A DNA stretch of 59,653 nt from the NCBI GenBank assembly GCA_032718475.1, contig JAUCBJ010000260.1, positions 1 to 59,653 on the forward strand, given 5' to 3'. Both the position numbers and the translations under genes were made by a program. This stretch comes from Nemertoderma westbladi (Eukaryota; Animalia; Xenacoelomorpha). Positions 13,170 through 26,655 of the stretch are shown here, one piece after another (positions within the stretch are counted from its first letter, which is position 1; every line of letters begins with the position of its first letter). The notes below the pieces were generated by a model. It was not told where the DNA came from. It ran no database searches and saw only the letters and a list, made by a program, of their open reading frames with translations.

Positions 13170-14840
13170 GCAACCAAAAATATTATTTAATATGTGAAAA
13201 TTCCATCAGAAACATTTTATATGTTCTTCAGATGCATATCAATATGTTACATAGTCAACATTCATGATCACAAGCGTAGTCATTATTCTGTTGTTACCAT
13301 AGCAACGGGCATATTTTAGTATTTATGTAGTTATAGTAACGCATTTGGCATTTTATTGACATTGGAAGGTAATCCATATTAAAGATTATTGAAAAAAATT
13401 GTGTGGAGTCTGCTACAGTTATTTTATTTAACAAAGTCTTGAATTTTGACCATAGCAACGGGAGTTTTGATCCTATTTCGGGAGTGACTTGTTAAAAATA
13501 CTCAAAATTTGTTCAACGTTTGTTTAGCGGATGTGGAGACATTACCAGAGAGGGCAAGTTGAGAGATATAGATAAACATGGATTTACACTCGTTCCTATA
13601 AAAACGCTACAATATCATTCCAACAAACGCTATTAGCAAATTGTGACAAATACAGCAGCGCAGTAATATAATTTATTATATAGCTAGGTAGGCCAACTGG
13701 TACAGTAAAATACCAGTATTTATTATTTCTGATACCATATAAAATATTTAAAATATTCTGTAAATATATTGCTAAGGAAAACTCACCATGGATAAGTAAG
13801 ATTCAACATTGATGTAGAAAACTTGGTAATTACAGTATTTGAAAACTCGTTGCTACCTTGTGAAACTACCCGTTGCTAAGGTAACTCGCTGTTGCTATAC
13901 ACAATGACCAATTGCCAAGGAGAACTTACTACTGTTATTTAAACTTCACAGCTCCATAAAAAACATGTTATCACTATAAAACGCGATGTTGGTACAAAAA
14001 GACCCCGGTTGCTAAGGAAAACTTTCGTTACTAAGTACATTAAAAGGTCATTCGAATATTATTTTGTAATTTTCTACAGCATCTCATGCACAAAATACTG
14101 AAATGTACATTAAACCGAATTTTGAGTATTTTTACCAAGTCACTCCCGAATTAGGATCAAAACTCCCGTTGCTATGGTCAAAATTCAAGACTTTGTTAAA
14201 TAAAATAACTGTAGCAGACTCCACACAATTTTTTCCAATAATCTTTAATATGATTAACTTCCAATGTCAATAAACTGCCAAATACATTACTAAAACTACA
14301 TAAATACTAAAATATGCCCGTTGTTATGGTAACAACAGAATAATGACTTCGCTTGTAAGGGGCCGTCCAAGTATGATGTCAGCACTTTAGGGGGGGGGGG
14401 GGGGGGGGGGGGTTGGGAAGAAAATCTGATGACGTGCTGATGAGGGGAGGGGAGGGGGTCAGCCAAAATCTGACGTCAGCATGGTCATTTATAGGTGCTA
14501 GAAGAGATATAGCAGAAGAGTAAATAGCTTGCCTATTTTAATTGTTCGAAGGCCCGTAGCACGACCTTCTGTTTCAGTTACCAGTCACCATGTTTCAGTG
14601 ATTAGGACGCGAAATTTTTTTTTAATCTGATTTAGGGGGGGAGGGGGGGGGTCAACGCCTATCTGATGACATCTGATTTAGGGGAGGGAGGGGGTCAACA
14701 TTTTGGGGAAAAGTGCAGACGTCATACTTGGACGGCCCCTAATCATGAATGTTGACTATGTAACATATTGATATGCATCTGAAGAACATATAAAATGTTT
14801 CTGGTGGAATTTTCACATATTAAATAATATTTTTGGTTGC
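13170..14840. mobile_element. Long inverted-repeat (foldback-like) non-autonomous DNA element
   Basis: 13170-~13509 is the reverse complement of ~14118-14840 once the MITE at 14359-14739 is removed. Many GTTGCTATGG/CCATAGCAAC motifs. Confidence 0.75.
14359..14739. mobile_element. PIF/Harbinger-type MITE
   Basis: TIRs GGGGCCGTCCAAGTATGA...TCATACTTGGACGGCCCC, with TAA on both sides (14356-58, 14740-42). Absent from the other arm of the host inverted repeat. Confidence 0.85.
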
Positions 14841-15591
14841 AACAAGAAATGACATGAATGGCTGGCAAATTATGGTCTGAACATAGCAACATGTGAGGTA
14901 CTTGATCCTGAATTGGTTTCTTTTTAAAATGATACTAACCATATTTAAACTGAAGAAACATAATAAGTGATATTATTTTCTTATTACCTAGGTTACTATT
15001 CCTAGTTCCACTACTATTCCACTTCATCACCGAATCTAGAAAAAAAACAATTATGCTTAAGGACAATATAATTACAGAGTTTCCTAATTTTGCAACATGG
15101 GAACACGCAATACGGATACATTTCCAAAATTTCATAAATTAACTGTACTTTCAACGATGTACAGTAATTCTCATAGTTGTCATGGTAACCGGGTTTCAAA
15201 AAGTGCCCCATCGGATTCTCCGATAGTGATTTGGGTGGGGTATGTCAAGGTTAGAATTCCGTAGGATTATAGGAAATGGGTGATTTATGTATGACTTTCT
15301 GTTGCCATGGTGAAATGGTCTATTTAACCATGTTCCAACAACCCGATTTGGACCGATTTTGGATATGTTGATAAGCATAAAATTTGGGCCTCGAAAATAT
15401 TAAATTAAATTCTGTTGCAATTTGTCCGAGGTTGAGCCCCTTTTTTTCGCCTATTTTGACTGGACTATGAGTAAAAATTAAAAAGCTAAAAATATAATTC
15501 TGAGAAAATGGCCTTTAACCACAATAATATGGGGGGCTATAAAATGTTGTACAAATACCGGAAGGGGAGGGGGGTCATGTTGACACCAACC

Positions 15592-15624
<33 letters not shown>

Positions 15625-17760
15625 TAAATCTACATTTCAAAAAATTTGAAAGTTACAATTTTCACCCAATCTTTTTTCAAAAATGTTTTCCGAAGCGCTG
15701 AATCCATTGGAAGATATTTAAAAATGATCTGAATAATATAAATGGCAGTTTTAGTCCTCTACTAGGCAAAATATTAAAAAACAAGTAACTCGCACTTTAC
15801 AATTTGAACACAACAATTTTAATTGAATTATACCATGCTATAAATTCTCCTTTTCAGGTTTTCTGGGGAGCTGATTATAATGGAATACATTTCCAGAGCA
15901 TTGCTACTCGAGTTATTCGGAGTAATATATTAAATTTTGGTATTAGCACTAAATTTCGCACCCATTGGAGGAACGATTTAAGGATCACCCATCACGACAA
16001 AGTTTGAGATGCCCAGCGTTGTTTATATTTATCAGGAACATCATAAACAACAACCCAACATACAAGATAATACTATGATCAATTTTCATATTTACAAAAT
16101 TGGCGCCGGCACAAAATATTCATCCACCACCGAAAAATCCAAGTTTGAGAACTCTTATGCAATTTTTATTTATTCAATTGCGTTCAGTACCCTCAAAAAA
16201 CCGTATAATGTAAGTAACAAGGAATGTAAGATGCAAGTAACACAATCAATTGAAATTGATTGTGATTGTCAATCAATAATTGACAAGTTGTCACAAGCAA
16301 TGGAACTACTGAATGGATTTTCAAAAATTTCGTGCTGGCACCAAATTTTGCACACAGCACCGATTATTACAAGTTTGATATGCCTGGTGCAAATCGTACA
16401 GTATATATTCCGAGACGACAAAAATGAGAACCACAAGAAAACACTATTGCTCAAAAACAGGTTCAAACAATCATTTTACAAAATTGACATATTTCAAAAT
16501 TTCGTGCTAGCACCAAAATTTGACCGCCGCGGAAAAAACAAGATTGAAATTTTTAGCATATTTGATTTGAATTCCATCTAATTGCGAACACCAAAAAACC
16601 GGTGTAACTCAAAAATAGAGATGTTACAAATCATAGTTCATGAAATTCAATTTTTCAACAAAAAAAAGCCTAAAAAAAGTGCCAAAAGTTCCAAAGGTTT
16701 CAAAACGGTGCCGTAATCTCAATATTTATATTTATGAAGGCAATTGATTATTAGGAAGAATCGTAAAATTTAAGATTCCCAGCTGCGTTTGTTTCAGAGT
16801 TATTACAAAAATACCATAGGGGGTTGGCCTTATTGACCCCTGGCCTTGAAGATGCGGTTAATCTCGCGAAAGCCATTGTAGATATAGAGTTGTGGCTGTG
16901 CTATTTTGTTGATAAGCCGGCATAGCATTCTTAATGCACACTGTATTGGTCTTGGTAATTGTGCATTGCATTGCGGTGATGGCATAGCATCACAATGTGC
17001 AGTTTCAATGCAGCAGGTCGATTTAAGATAGATAGTGCCGACATAGCATGGGGTTTAGAAGTTGTATATTCCAAAACCCCATACGGTATGAGCACTAGTG
17101 TTAAATAAACTGCTAATAAACTGCTAGTCACTGATTGGTCCTTGCCTCAGGTTGAATTACATTGCCAGTGTTGAAACTGTATGTGGCAGTCCAAAGACAG
17201 ACAGAAAGGGCAACAGACATTCTAAAAACCACTAAACATTAAAACTGGCATTAGAAATGAAATCACTAAAAACATAGCGAAAACGGTGCAATGTGTGTGT
17301 TTTCTTTATTTTGTCAGGCAGACCAAGTAACAGGCAGAGTGACAGCTATAACTCAGAACTAAAAGAGATCTGAATATCATAAAAATAAAACACATAATAA
17401 TATATTTTTATGTCAATATTTATGTTTTCTTTCAGTTATGAAAACGCCTTTAAATTATGATCCAGAAACAATGAAAATTTTTTTTTATTGTTATCTCAAA
17501 CAGGAGGTGCAAACTAATAAGGATGCACTGCCATGCACCATGTATCCAATAGATCCATGGTGATGGTGCGAATCCTCTGCAGGCAACTGTGATTGAAATT
17601 GAGGAAAATATAAAAAGGGAGAGTGAAAATGCAATTTTGTGGAATTTAATTATGTATTACATGACAAACAAATATTTTGTATTTGTTTATGACGACCACT
17701 TGGTGTATAATTATTCTTGCTTGCTGCACCACTCTCTCAGCGAATTACAATATATCTCAG

Positions 17761-17872
17761 GGTCAGTGGGTAAAATGTCTATTAGTTTTCCATGAAATAA
17801 ATTAATGGATAAACAAGGGTCAGTGGGTAAAATGTCTATTAGTTTTCCATGAAATAAATTAATGGATAAACA
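17761..17872. repeat. 57-bp tandem duplication just after the DEG/ENaC stop codon (3' UTR)
   Basis: GGTCAGTGGGTAAAATGTC...GGATAAACA occurs at 17761 and 17818. Confidence 0.85.
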
Positions 17873-17875
17873 GTT

Positions 17876-19039
17876 CTAACAATTCATTTCTTTGTCAGAA
17901 CAATTATCTTTATCAACCTCTTCCTTTTTTACTTTCCAAAGTTGTTGATATGCTCTTCCAAGGATATTTTCTTTGTATATTAGAACCCACAGCAACTCAA
18001 TGAACTCAAAGAGTGTTAAAAGACTCATACCAATCCACAAACCTAAGGCGCCTCCAATATTACTCAACAGATCTTGCCATTGGTATTTTGGTGACTCTTT
18101 GATGGTGGTAACATCCATTGTTTGGAATCCGATTTTTACACTGGCTATATTATCTCTGAACAGCCTCAATACATTGTGCTGAAAGGTTTGATTCAAATGA
18201 AAATTCACACCTAAACTTTTGATACAACCTTTGTCTTTATTACATTCATTCTCTATAATACTTACAATAAATTTTGTGAAACCTTCTGCATTTTCTGTCT
18301 GTAGAAGATGTATAATTACATGCCCAAGGTATTCCTTGGATGGCCAAAATGACTGGCTGGAATAGGTAGTATACTCTGTTTGGTTACATTGTTGAGGACA
18401 GACACAAAGTTTATCATCAGCATTGCTATTATATCTGTGGCGAACATCTTCTGGACACTTTGTTTCCTTTTTGGAATCATCGGTTTCTACAATGCTACAA
18501 ACTTTAGCATCTAGATAGTAGTCATCAACACATCCACATTCTTTTAACATTATTTTCTGTAGGCACAACTGTTGACACAAATGAGCACTATAATCGTAAC
18601 TGACGCTTTCAGAATCGGTATACTTTGTAAGAATATGGGAAATCTCTGATTTGTCAGCACAATTGGTGTAAGGTCTTCCTGCAAGTTCTCGGATGGTTTT
18701 TTTAACAATTATGTGAGTTTTTCTTCCAGGGACAACAGTTATACCATTTAGGTGAGGGTTTGATTCTTCTGAGGGAGGATGAACAGAAATTCGGATACCA
18801 GTAGAATGGGACATCAACCCGATGTATTCTTCGGATTCAACATTTAATGTCAATCTTAAAACCTCTTGTGGGTACTTAACTTGATGTTGGTTATCTTTTG
18901 TGGAGTTTCCAGGTCTGTAGTTGAATGTGTAACAGTTTCCATAGCGTTTATTTTGAAATGTGAGAAACTTATTGCAAGGTTTGTTGGCAAAACTACAGTG
19001 TAACACCATGTCATTAAATTGATGGCCCATTCTTGCAAC
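17876..19039 (-). CDS. DEG/ENaC-family sodium channel, coding exon 2 (thumb cysteines, TM2)
   Basis: Acceptor CCACAG|GTT is in phase. GHQFNDMVLHCSF, YGNCYTFN, cysteine-rich thumb, TM2 LLSNIGGALGLWIGMSLLTLFEFIEL with GxS filter. Spliced product about 679 aa; intron 236 bp. Confidence 0.9.
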   Translation of the reverse strand, partial: VARMGHQFNDMVLHCSFANKPCNKFLTFQNKRYGNCYTFNYRPGNSTKDNQHQVKYPQEVLRLTLNVESEEYIGLMSHSTGIRISVHPPSEESNPHLNGITVVPGRKTHIIVKKTIRELAGRPYTNCADKSEISHILTKYTDSESVSYDYSAHLCQQLCLQKIMLKECGCVDDYYLDAKVCSIVETDDSKKETKCPEDVRHRYNSNADDKLCVCPQQCNQTEYTTYSSQSFWPSKEYLGHVIIHLLQTENAEGFTKFIVSIIENECNKDKGCIKSLGVNFHLNQTFQHNVLRLFRDNIASVKIGFQTMDVTTIKESPKYQWQDLLSNIGGALGLWIGMSLLTLFEFIELLWVLIYKENILGRAYQQLWKVKKEEVDKDNCSDKEMNC

Positions 19040-19275
19040 CTGTGGATATATATACACAATATTAATTCACTTAACTCAATCATTTTGATTTCCAATGACA
19101 GGTTCCTTTTGGTGAGCCAATTTTTCTCAACCCCCTTATAGACCATTTACACTAGAAAAAAATCACACCCAGCCAATTGATTCCTACCATTACCCCTTCA
19201 ATTACATATAGCCAAACAATTATTTTTTTCACCCCACGAAACGAACAACAGGGCATAGATGTGCTAATACTGTAC

Positions 19276-20151
19276 CTGTGATTTTGAAAACATTGCCATA
19301 TCTGAAACATCAGTATAGTCAAAAGATTCAGATTTGTTCCATGCATCAAAGAAATCTCCTCCTCCATTGGGTGACATACCACAATCATCTTCATCTGCAT
19401 GGTTTCCACAGTCATCTGTAAAGTCACATCCCATATGAAGTGGGTAGCAAACCGCAGTACCGGCAATTACAAGGTTGCAAGGCTTTAAAACATCAGAAGA
19501 TTTTCGATTCTCTTCCGTCATAAAAGATACATCCTCGCCATTTGCTTTTATCTTCCGTAGGTATTCATTTCCAATAAGTTCCTTTGTATCGCAGTTGTAC
19601 AAACAACCCGCCTCATCTGACAAACTCGTACAATCATCAACACCATTGCAAACACTATCATTAGGAATGCAATCACCGAATCCACAATCGAATTGTGAGG
19701 CATCCTCACACTCATTTATTTCCGAATTATCACCATTCCTAGAAAATATGTTAAATTTATTTTTTGCTTTATAAATCTCTTTCATTATTCTTAGGCGCGC
19801 ATAATTGTCAAGAACAACTAAGTCTTTAAATGGATTCTGAGAGTTTTCTGTGTCCAGTCCAAATTGGTTTTTTCGAATGTTGTTCTCATTACATAATGTA
19901 ATAGCTGGAAATTCTAAAGGGTGTTCTTTTATACTTTCGAATGATGTGGTTATAGGCAAGTTAGCATAATCTAAGAGCAGCATACAGACTTGTAGCAAAT
20001 ATCCACTAATCCCACCCAGTAGCAACACTATCCATATGTAACGCCATACACGATTAGGAGGTTTTACAGCCCTGGGTGCCCCATGGAGTGTTACACCCTC
20101 GAAGAAACCACTACATATTTTAGAAAGCGATTTCTTTTCAGAATCTTTCAT
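19276..20151 (-). CDS. DEG/ENaC-family sodium channel, coding exon 1 (HG motif, TM1, two LDLa repeats)
   Basis: TLHG, TM1 YIWIVLLLGGISGYLLQV, FPAITLCNEN, and LDLa CEDASQFDCGFGDCIPNDSVCNGVDDCTSLSDEAGC. Phase-0 donor CAG|GTACAG after codon 292. Confidence 0.9.
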
Positions 20152-20970
20152 GTTAAAGTGAATTATGATCTTTGATATTTAACACTTAGAAATTAAGTAA
20201 ACAATGGAAAATTATTTAAAATTGAAATGTATTTAAATTAAAACAGAATGTTAAAAATTATTTGAAATTTACCTACATTTCTACAGAAAACAATATGTTA
20301 CTAATGACTTCACAACCATTCCTAAAATCCTTGTGACGGGATCGGAGATCCCGACCGGGTTAGAAATGTACGCGTCACCATTCTGCTGGAGATCGTGCTA
20401 CTAGCTTTGGCCGAGGCCGTTTGGGAAAACAGTGAAAGTTTCTGTTGTCTTTCGATGTTAATTAATATAGATGATAATAGCACGTCAGTAATGAAGGCAG
20501 AAAAATACAGATAAATTGTTACCGGTATGGCGGTGGCGGTCATTAACTATGACCGGTCTGCACTAACTAAACTGAATAACACAACTGACCGGTAAACCAG
20601 TAATGTGAGATAATATATGATTAATACATTGAATATTGGTTCACCTCCTACTCTACTTTAGCCCTCTACCCAATGGATGCTTTCCTGTTCCCTATCACGT
20701 GCTTCCCTCCCTACTAGTGGCTTTGGGGCTTGTATCGTCCCCCCCCCCCCCCCCCCCCCCCAATGTTGGTTATGATACGAGATTAATATTGGTAATCTCG
20801 TATCCCCAACATATTGCTAAAATGCCACATAAATTTTCTGGTGGGTAATGAAGTGGAATTGAATCCGCTTACAATCCTCCTTATCTGGAACTTTTAAGTT
20901 TCATCTGCTTTGTCTATGAATTTCAAACATGGAAACTGACCCCAAGAAAGGATAAGTTAGATGTTAAGTT

Positions 20971-23900
20971 ATGAATGAAACTCCACCACTACTAGGCCGG
21001 TCACGGTTGGTCGCGCACCCGGCCGGTCATGGTATAGTAGATGTGGCTCCTACTCATCCACCGGCTCCACACCTACGACCATGGCGTCCCCATGTTACTA
21101 TTATCGGTAAAGGGGCTGCTGTCGCTGGCGGGCTACGTGGCGTAACGCGCTCCAAACTGGTGTTCGTTTCTCGCATGGATCCATTGGTAACCTCATCTCA
21201 ACTTTTGGAGTTTGTTACTACAACATTCTCACTCGCAGGCCCTGGTATTACTTGTGAACGGATTGCTACTCGCTACGACTCGTATAACTCGTTTGTAATA
21301 AAGTGCACGGAGGCTGGTGCTGCCATTCTGTTTAAGCCTTATAATGCAGCCCTCTGGCCGGAAGGCATTGCGCACTACTGGGCGGGTCCTCGTGACCCGC
21401 GCCCCCCTCCAGCGAGTCTCCCGCTGATGAACCCGACTCGAGTGGTGGAGTTGTCTAACAGTTCATCTCCTTCGCATTCCCATCCGGGTTCGCCATCTCA
21501 TCCTTCGCATTCCCATCCTGGTTCGCCATCTCATCGTTCGAATTCACATCACCATACTCCGTTACAGCCAATCTCCACTATAATCTCAGATGAGCCTGAA
21601 ATAACAGCTACTGATACATCCGCAGAGGCTTCCAGGGGGATTCTGAGAGATAATTTGTTCTACACCCTGACTAGCCTACAGAACTAATTACTAATGTTTT
21701 ATACACTTCTTTTATACAGCATTTCATGTAAATAATATGGTATCTATATCTTCATACAATGCAAACTCGGTTTGTACTCCTTCTAGTCGTTATGTGGTGG
21801 GGAAACTCCTCAAACAAACTGACATCCTACTCCTACAGGAACATATGCTCCCCTAAGCAGGATTTGGCGTTCCTACAGACCCTCAGCCCCGACTTCCTAG
21901 CTTACGGCACCTCTCCGGTTGATCTTCGTGATCAACTTGTTTCTGGCCGTCCGTATGGTGGTCTGGGTTTCCTGTGGCGCGAGGACAAATTAAAGGACAT
22001 GCTGCGTATCATCAATACTAACGATCCGCGGATGTTATCTGCTCGCCTCTCTCTATCTCCTACGTTTTCTTTGCTAATTGTCAATGTATATCTGCCCTAC
22101 GAATGTCCCGACAATGTTGATCTCTACTTGGAGTATCTTGGTAAGATTGAATCCTTGGTGGCTACTGAGGGCACTAATAACGTAATGTTGCTTGGTGACT
22201 TCAATGCTGACCCGAATAAGATTTTCTACAAATATCTTACGGAAATGTGTCAAGATTCTGGTATGTCTATTCTCGATACAGATACCTTGCCAGATTCTAC
22301 ATTTACATTTGTCAGTCCATCGTTTAACACCACCTCTTGGCTGACCACTGTGTAACTATGCATGATTTTAGAAATAATATTTTTGATATTAAGGTGGACT
22401 ATGACCTTACGGTATCTGACCACATTCCATTGACAATAATTCTAGAACCTATTGATAACACTAATATGAATGACCAACCACTGCCACCGGGTGTGGATAA
22501 AATTAATTGTGCTAATAATACTAAGGTGAAATGGAATAATTTAACACCGTTTCAAAAATCCAATTACTCTCATAAATGTGATTCTCTATTATCTAATATT
22601 ATTATTCCATGGTCTGCCATTAAATGCTCTGATACTAATTGTTTGTTACACAACAATGACATTGAACATTTTTATACAGACATTGTTGACTCTTTAAAGG
22701 GTGCTGAAATCAATTCTCAGGGTAATAATTCTAACCACAATACTAATTATTCTCATATTCCTGGTTGGAATAGTGTTGTTGGTGAAAAACATTCGATTTC
22801 TAGGAATTTATTTTTACTCTGGCGTCAGCTTGGTAGCACTAGTGGTACCTCGTTGCACCAACAACTATTGCGTTCTAAAGCGCAGTTTCAGCAAGCTATG
22901 CGAAGCTGTAAACGCGCGGAGGAACAGCTACGCTCAGACAGTCTCGCCAAGTTATTGGCTGGTGGTGACAGTAATAAATTTTGGAAAGATGTTAAAAACA
23001 AAATTAAATATAATACTAACTCTCCTTTGACTGTTGACAGCGCAAATGGTGCACCTTCTATTTGTGCTCAATGGGCTGATAACTACAAAAAATCGTTTAA
23101 TTTTAACCCAACTCGTGTAATTTCAGATGATGTTAGGAATGCTACGTGCAATATATCATTTAGTTTAGATATGCTTGTATCTCCTAAAGAAATAAGTAGT
23201 GCAATTGGTGAACTTTCGTGCAATAAAGCGGCTGGCCCTGACCAGGTCTCTGCTGAAAATATTATTTATGCGCCGTCTCGGCTTCCAATTTTATTAAGCT
23301 TATTATTTTCTTGTATGTTTACTCACGGTTTTATGCCTATGGTTTTATTACAATCTTTTATATTACCAGTCTTGAAAGATAAGAACGGCTTTCTCACTGA
23401 TAGTGGCAATTATCGACCTATCGCGCTTTCTACTATAATCGGTAAACCTTTTGAAATTAGTCAAGTCAGTTAGTAAAAGAAATTAGTCTTAAACAACGCA
23501 CTGAGCCCTGGATGACCTCGGGTATTCTTAGTAATATCAGAGAAAGAGATAAAACTATTTGTATAAATTTAGGAAATACCGTGTTTTAGCTGATTATAAT
23601 AATTACTGCAAATATAGAAACCTTGTCCAACGGGAAATAAAAAAAGCTAAATCTGAATATTTGTACAACAAAATAAGTGAGAATAAAGATAATCCTAAAA
23701 GTCAATGGTCTACCCTAAAATCTTTAGGTTATTTTTAAGTTATTTTTAGTTTTTTTAAAGTTATTTTTAAAACCCGTGTCTGAGGATTTCGTTTTTCAAA
23801 ATCTACTTAGCCATCAGCCTCAAAAAGTACCGGTCTAGACCTAATACCTGCCCGTTTTCTTAAGGATGGTGCTGAAGTACTTAAAGTGCCTATTACTTTT

Positions 23901-26655
23901 ATTATTAATTACTCTATGGTAGATAATGTAGTACCAGACGAACTGAAATTAGCTAAGGTTGTTCCTCTGTATAAAAAGAATAGTAAAGTAGAACCCTGTA
24001 ATTACAGACCTGTTAGTATCTTAAGTATTGTATCTAAAATTCTAGAACGTTCTGTTTTTCTACAGCTGGAAGCACATCTTAGTAGGCTAAATCTGATGTA
24101 TGAACTTCAGTCCGGCTTTCGTAAATCATATTCTACAGACACCTGCCTTATTAACTTAACTGATACAATTAGATGTAATAACGCAAAGGGTTTATATACT
24201 GGTATGGTAATGTTGGACCTACAAAAGGCTTTCGATACTGTAGATCACGAAATTCTGCTTGGTAAGTTAGGCCTGATGGGTGTAGGTTAAATAGACTGGT
24301 TCAAGTCCTACCTGTCAGACAGAGGTCAAACTGTAGTCATTAGCAAATCGCAGTCTACTGTACAAGAGATCACCTGTGGTGTACCACAAGGTAGTATATT
24401 AGGTCCTCTGCTTTTTGTATGCTATGTAAATGATATGATAAGTAGTATAGATCCCGATTTTAAACTCATTTTATATGCCGACGACAGTGCTCTTATTTTC
24501 TCTCATAAAGATCCTATCCATATTTCCCAAAATTTAAGTGCAGTTCTAGAATCCTGTAATGAGTGGTTGGTTGATAATAAGCTATCCATTCACTACGGTA
24601 AGACTGAAAGTACTTTGTTTGGTTCCAAAAGAAAGTTAAAGAAGGTAACTAAGTTTGAAGTCACTAGTAATGGACATAAGATTGAAAATAAAAAGGAAGT
24701 TAAATATTTAGGCGCCACATTGGATAACTGCTTATCAGGAGAAAGTACAGTGAAAAATATTTTCTCGAAAGTTAACAGTAGGCTTAGGTTTCTATACAGA
24801 AATAAAAATAGTTTAAACACCGACTCCCGCAAGTTACTTTGCTCTTCTTTAATACAGTGTCACATGGACTATGCATGCTCTTCTTGGTATGAAGGCTTAA
24901 GCAAACAGCTTAAATGTAAATTACAAGTAGCTCAGAATAAAGTAGTACGATTTATTAAAGGCTACAAACCTAGGCACCACCTAACTCCAGATGACTTTTC
25001 TGAATCTGGACTACTTAACTTAGATAGTAGAGTTAAGCAGCTACGCCTTAACCATGTGCATAAAGTGTATAATGGTAAATGTCCCAATTACCTAAAACAA
25101 AAATTCAACAGAGTACGCGATACACACTCTTACAGTACCAGAGCTAGTGCTTCAAACTTCTACCTCCCAAATTGTAAATCCTTTGAATCTGATACTTTCT
25201 TTTTTAACGGCATTAAAAATTGGAACGCTCTGCCTAATGAAATTAAAAACCTAAATAATCAACATTCTTTTAAATCTGCAGTTAAATCTCACCTCGGTGT
25301 GCAATGTAAAAATAGGTACAATAGTCCTACAGTAAGTTATTAGTTTATTAATTATTTACTATTTATACTGTAATTACGTTTTATAATAAATTGTTCTGTA
25401 CATTACATCTTTATCGTTGAGTCGGACATTGTCACGCTCTCGGTAAAGTTGTACATGTATATAGTGTAATTACGTTTTATATTGGTTTTAGGTTAGCGTA
25501 GTGTAATATTGTATTTGTAACCAAGTAACATAAAGGACCCCCTTGGAAATAAGCTGCAAAGCTTTACGGGTAATCCTATATGTTATGTTGGATGTATATA
25601 TTTGCTTCTTGGATGCGTCCAAAGCCTTTGATACCGTTTCTCATTCCACATTGTTTGCTAAACTGTTACACAGAGGGATTCCTCTATATAGTCTACGTAT
25701 TATATATTTTTTGTACGATAATCAGTCTTCTCGTTTGGGATGGGTATCTCTCGGGAAGTTTTACTGCGACTAACGGTGTAAAACCAGGAAGTATTCTCAG
25801 CGCCTATTTGTTCAATGTGTATACTAATGATCTTAGCATTGAATTAACTGTAACTGGTATAGGGTCTAGGCTTGGGCACTCTTGTGTCAATCATTTTTTA
25901 TATGCGGACGATTTATGCATTATTTCTACTTCCCCTATAGCCTTGCAACATCTTATTTGTAGTCGTTATGCTGATTATAATTCTCTAAAGTTTAATATTA
26001 AAAAATCGAAGTGCTATTGTATTTACATAGTAGGCTACGTAAGTTTTCTTCAGATTTAGATATACATCTTAATGGCGCAATTCTAGAACGCGTTGACAAA
26101 TATAAATACCTGGGCCATTTTATATGCAGTGATTTCCGTGATGATATTGATATTCGTAACTAAACTAGAGGTCATTATGCCCGTGCTAATTTATTTATTA
26201 GGAAATTTAGCTCATACAGTCGGCCTGTTAAGATTCAATTATTTTCTAGTTATTGTTCCAATGTTTACTGTAACTCACTTTGGGCTGATAAATACCTAAC
26301 CAAATCAACACTGGAACCGTCTACGTGTAGCTTACAATACTAGTGTTAAGAAACTTTTTGGATATAAATTTGATGAGAACTATAGTGCTTCTTGTTCATA
26401 TTCAACGCTTCTCTCTTAGCTAGTTTATTTTCTCGTGTATTTAGTTCAGATACTATTTTGATGTGTATTCGCAACATTTGTCTTGATAATTCTGTGCTTC
26501 ATTCTAGCTCTATTGGAAACCGACTCTAGTGTTTTGTAGTAACTGTATGTATCACTGTACGTAGGAGGACTTCATTTGCGCTATTATTGTAATTAATATT
26601 GTCAATTGTTATAGAACCTGTATTGGATCTGGAATAAAACATGTAAAAAAAAAAA
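20971..26655 (+). mobile_element. Degenerate LINE (RTE-X-like): ORF1-like region, APE endonuclease, RT, A-tail; may start near 20322
   Basis: GRPYGGLGFLW, GDFNAD and SDHIPL endonuclease motifs; NYRPIAL; FLDASKAFD, NGVKPGSILS and YADD. Several frameshifts; AATAAA then an A-run at 26633-26655. Confidence 0.85.
23456..25585 (+). mobile_element. 5'-truncated CR1-group LINE (L2/Crack/Daphne-like) nested in the RTE-X-like LINE
   Basis: NYRPVSIL, QSGFRK, LDLQKAFDTVDH, GVPQGSILGPLLF and YADD; stop at 24288-90; 3' UTR ending GGACCCCCTTGGAAATAAG... The host RT stops at KPFE and resumes at VYICFLD. Confidence 0.85.

Noticed and set aside
15515-16861. TTAA-flanked piggyBac-like element and the 190-aa ORF at 16009
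   Set aside because: Terminal inverted similarity is too weak to support, and the ORF has no recognisable motifs.
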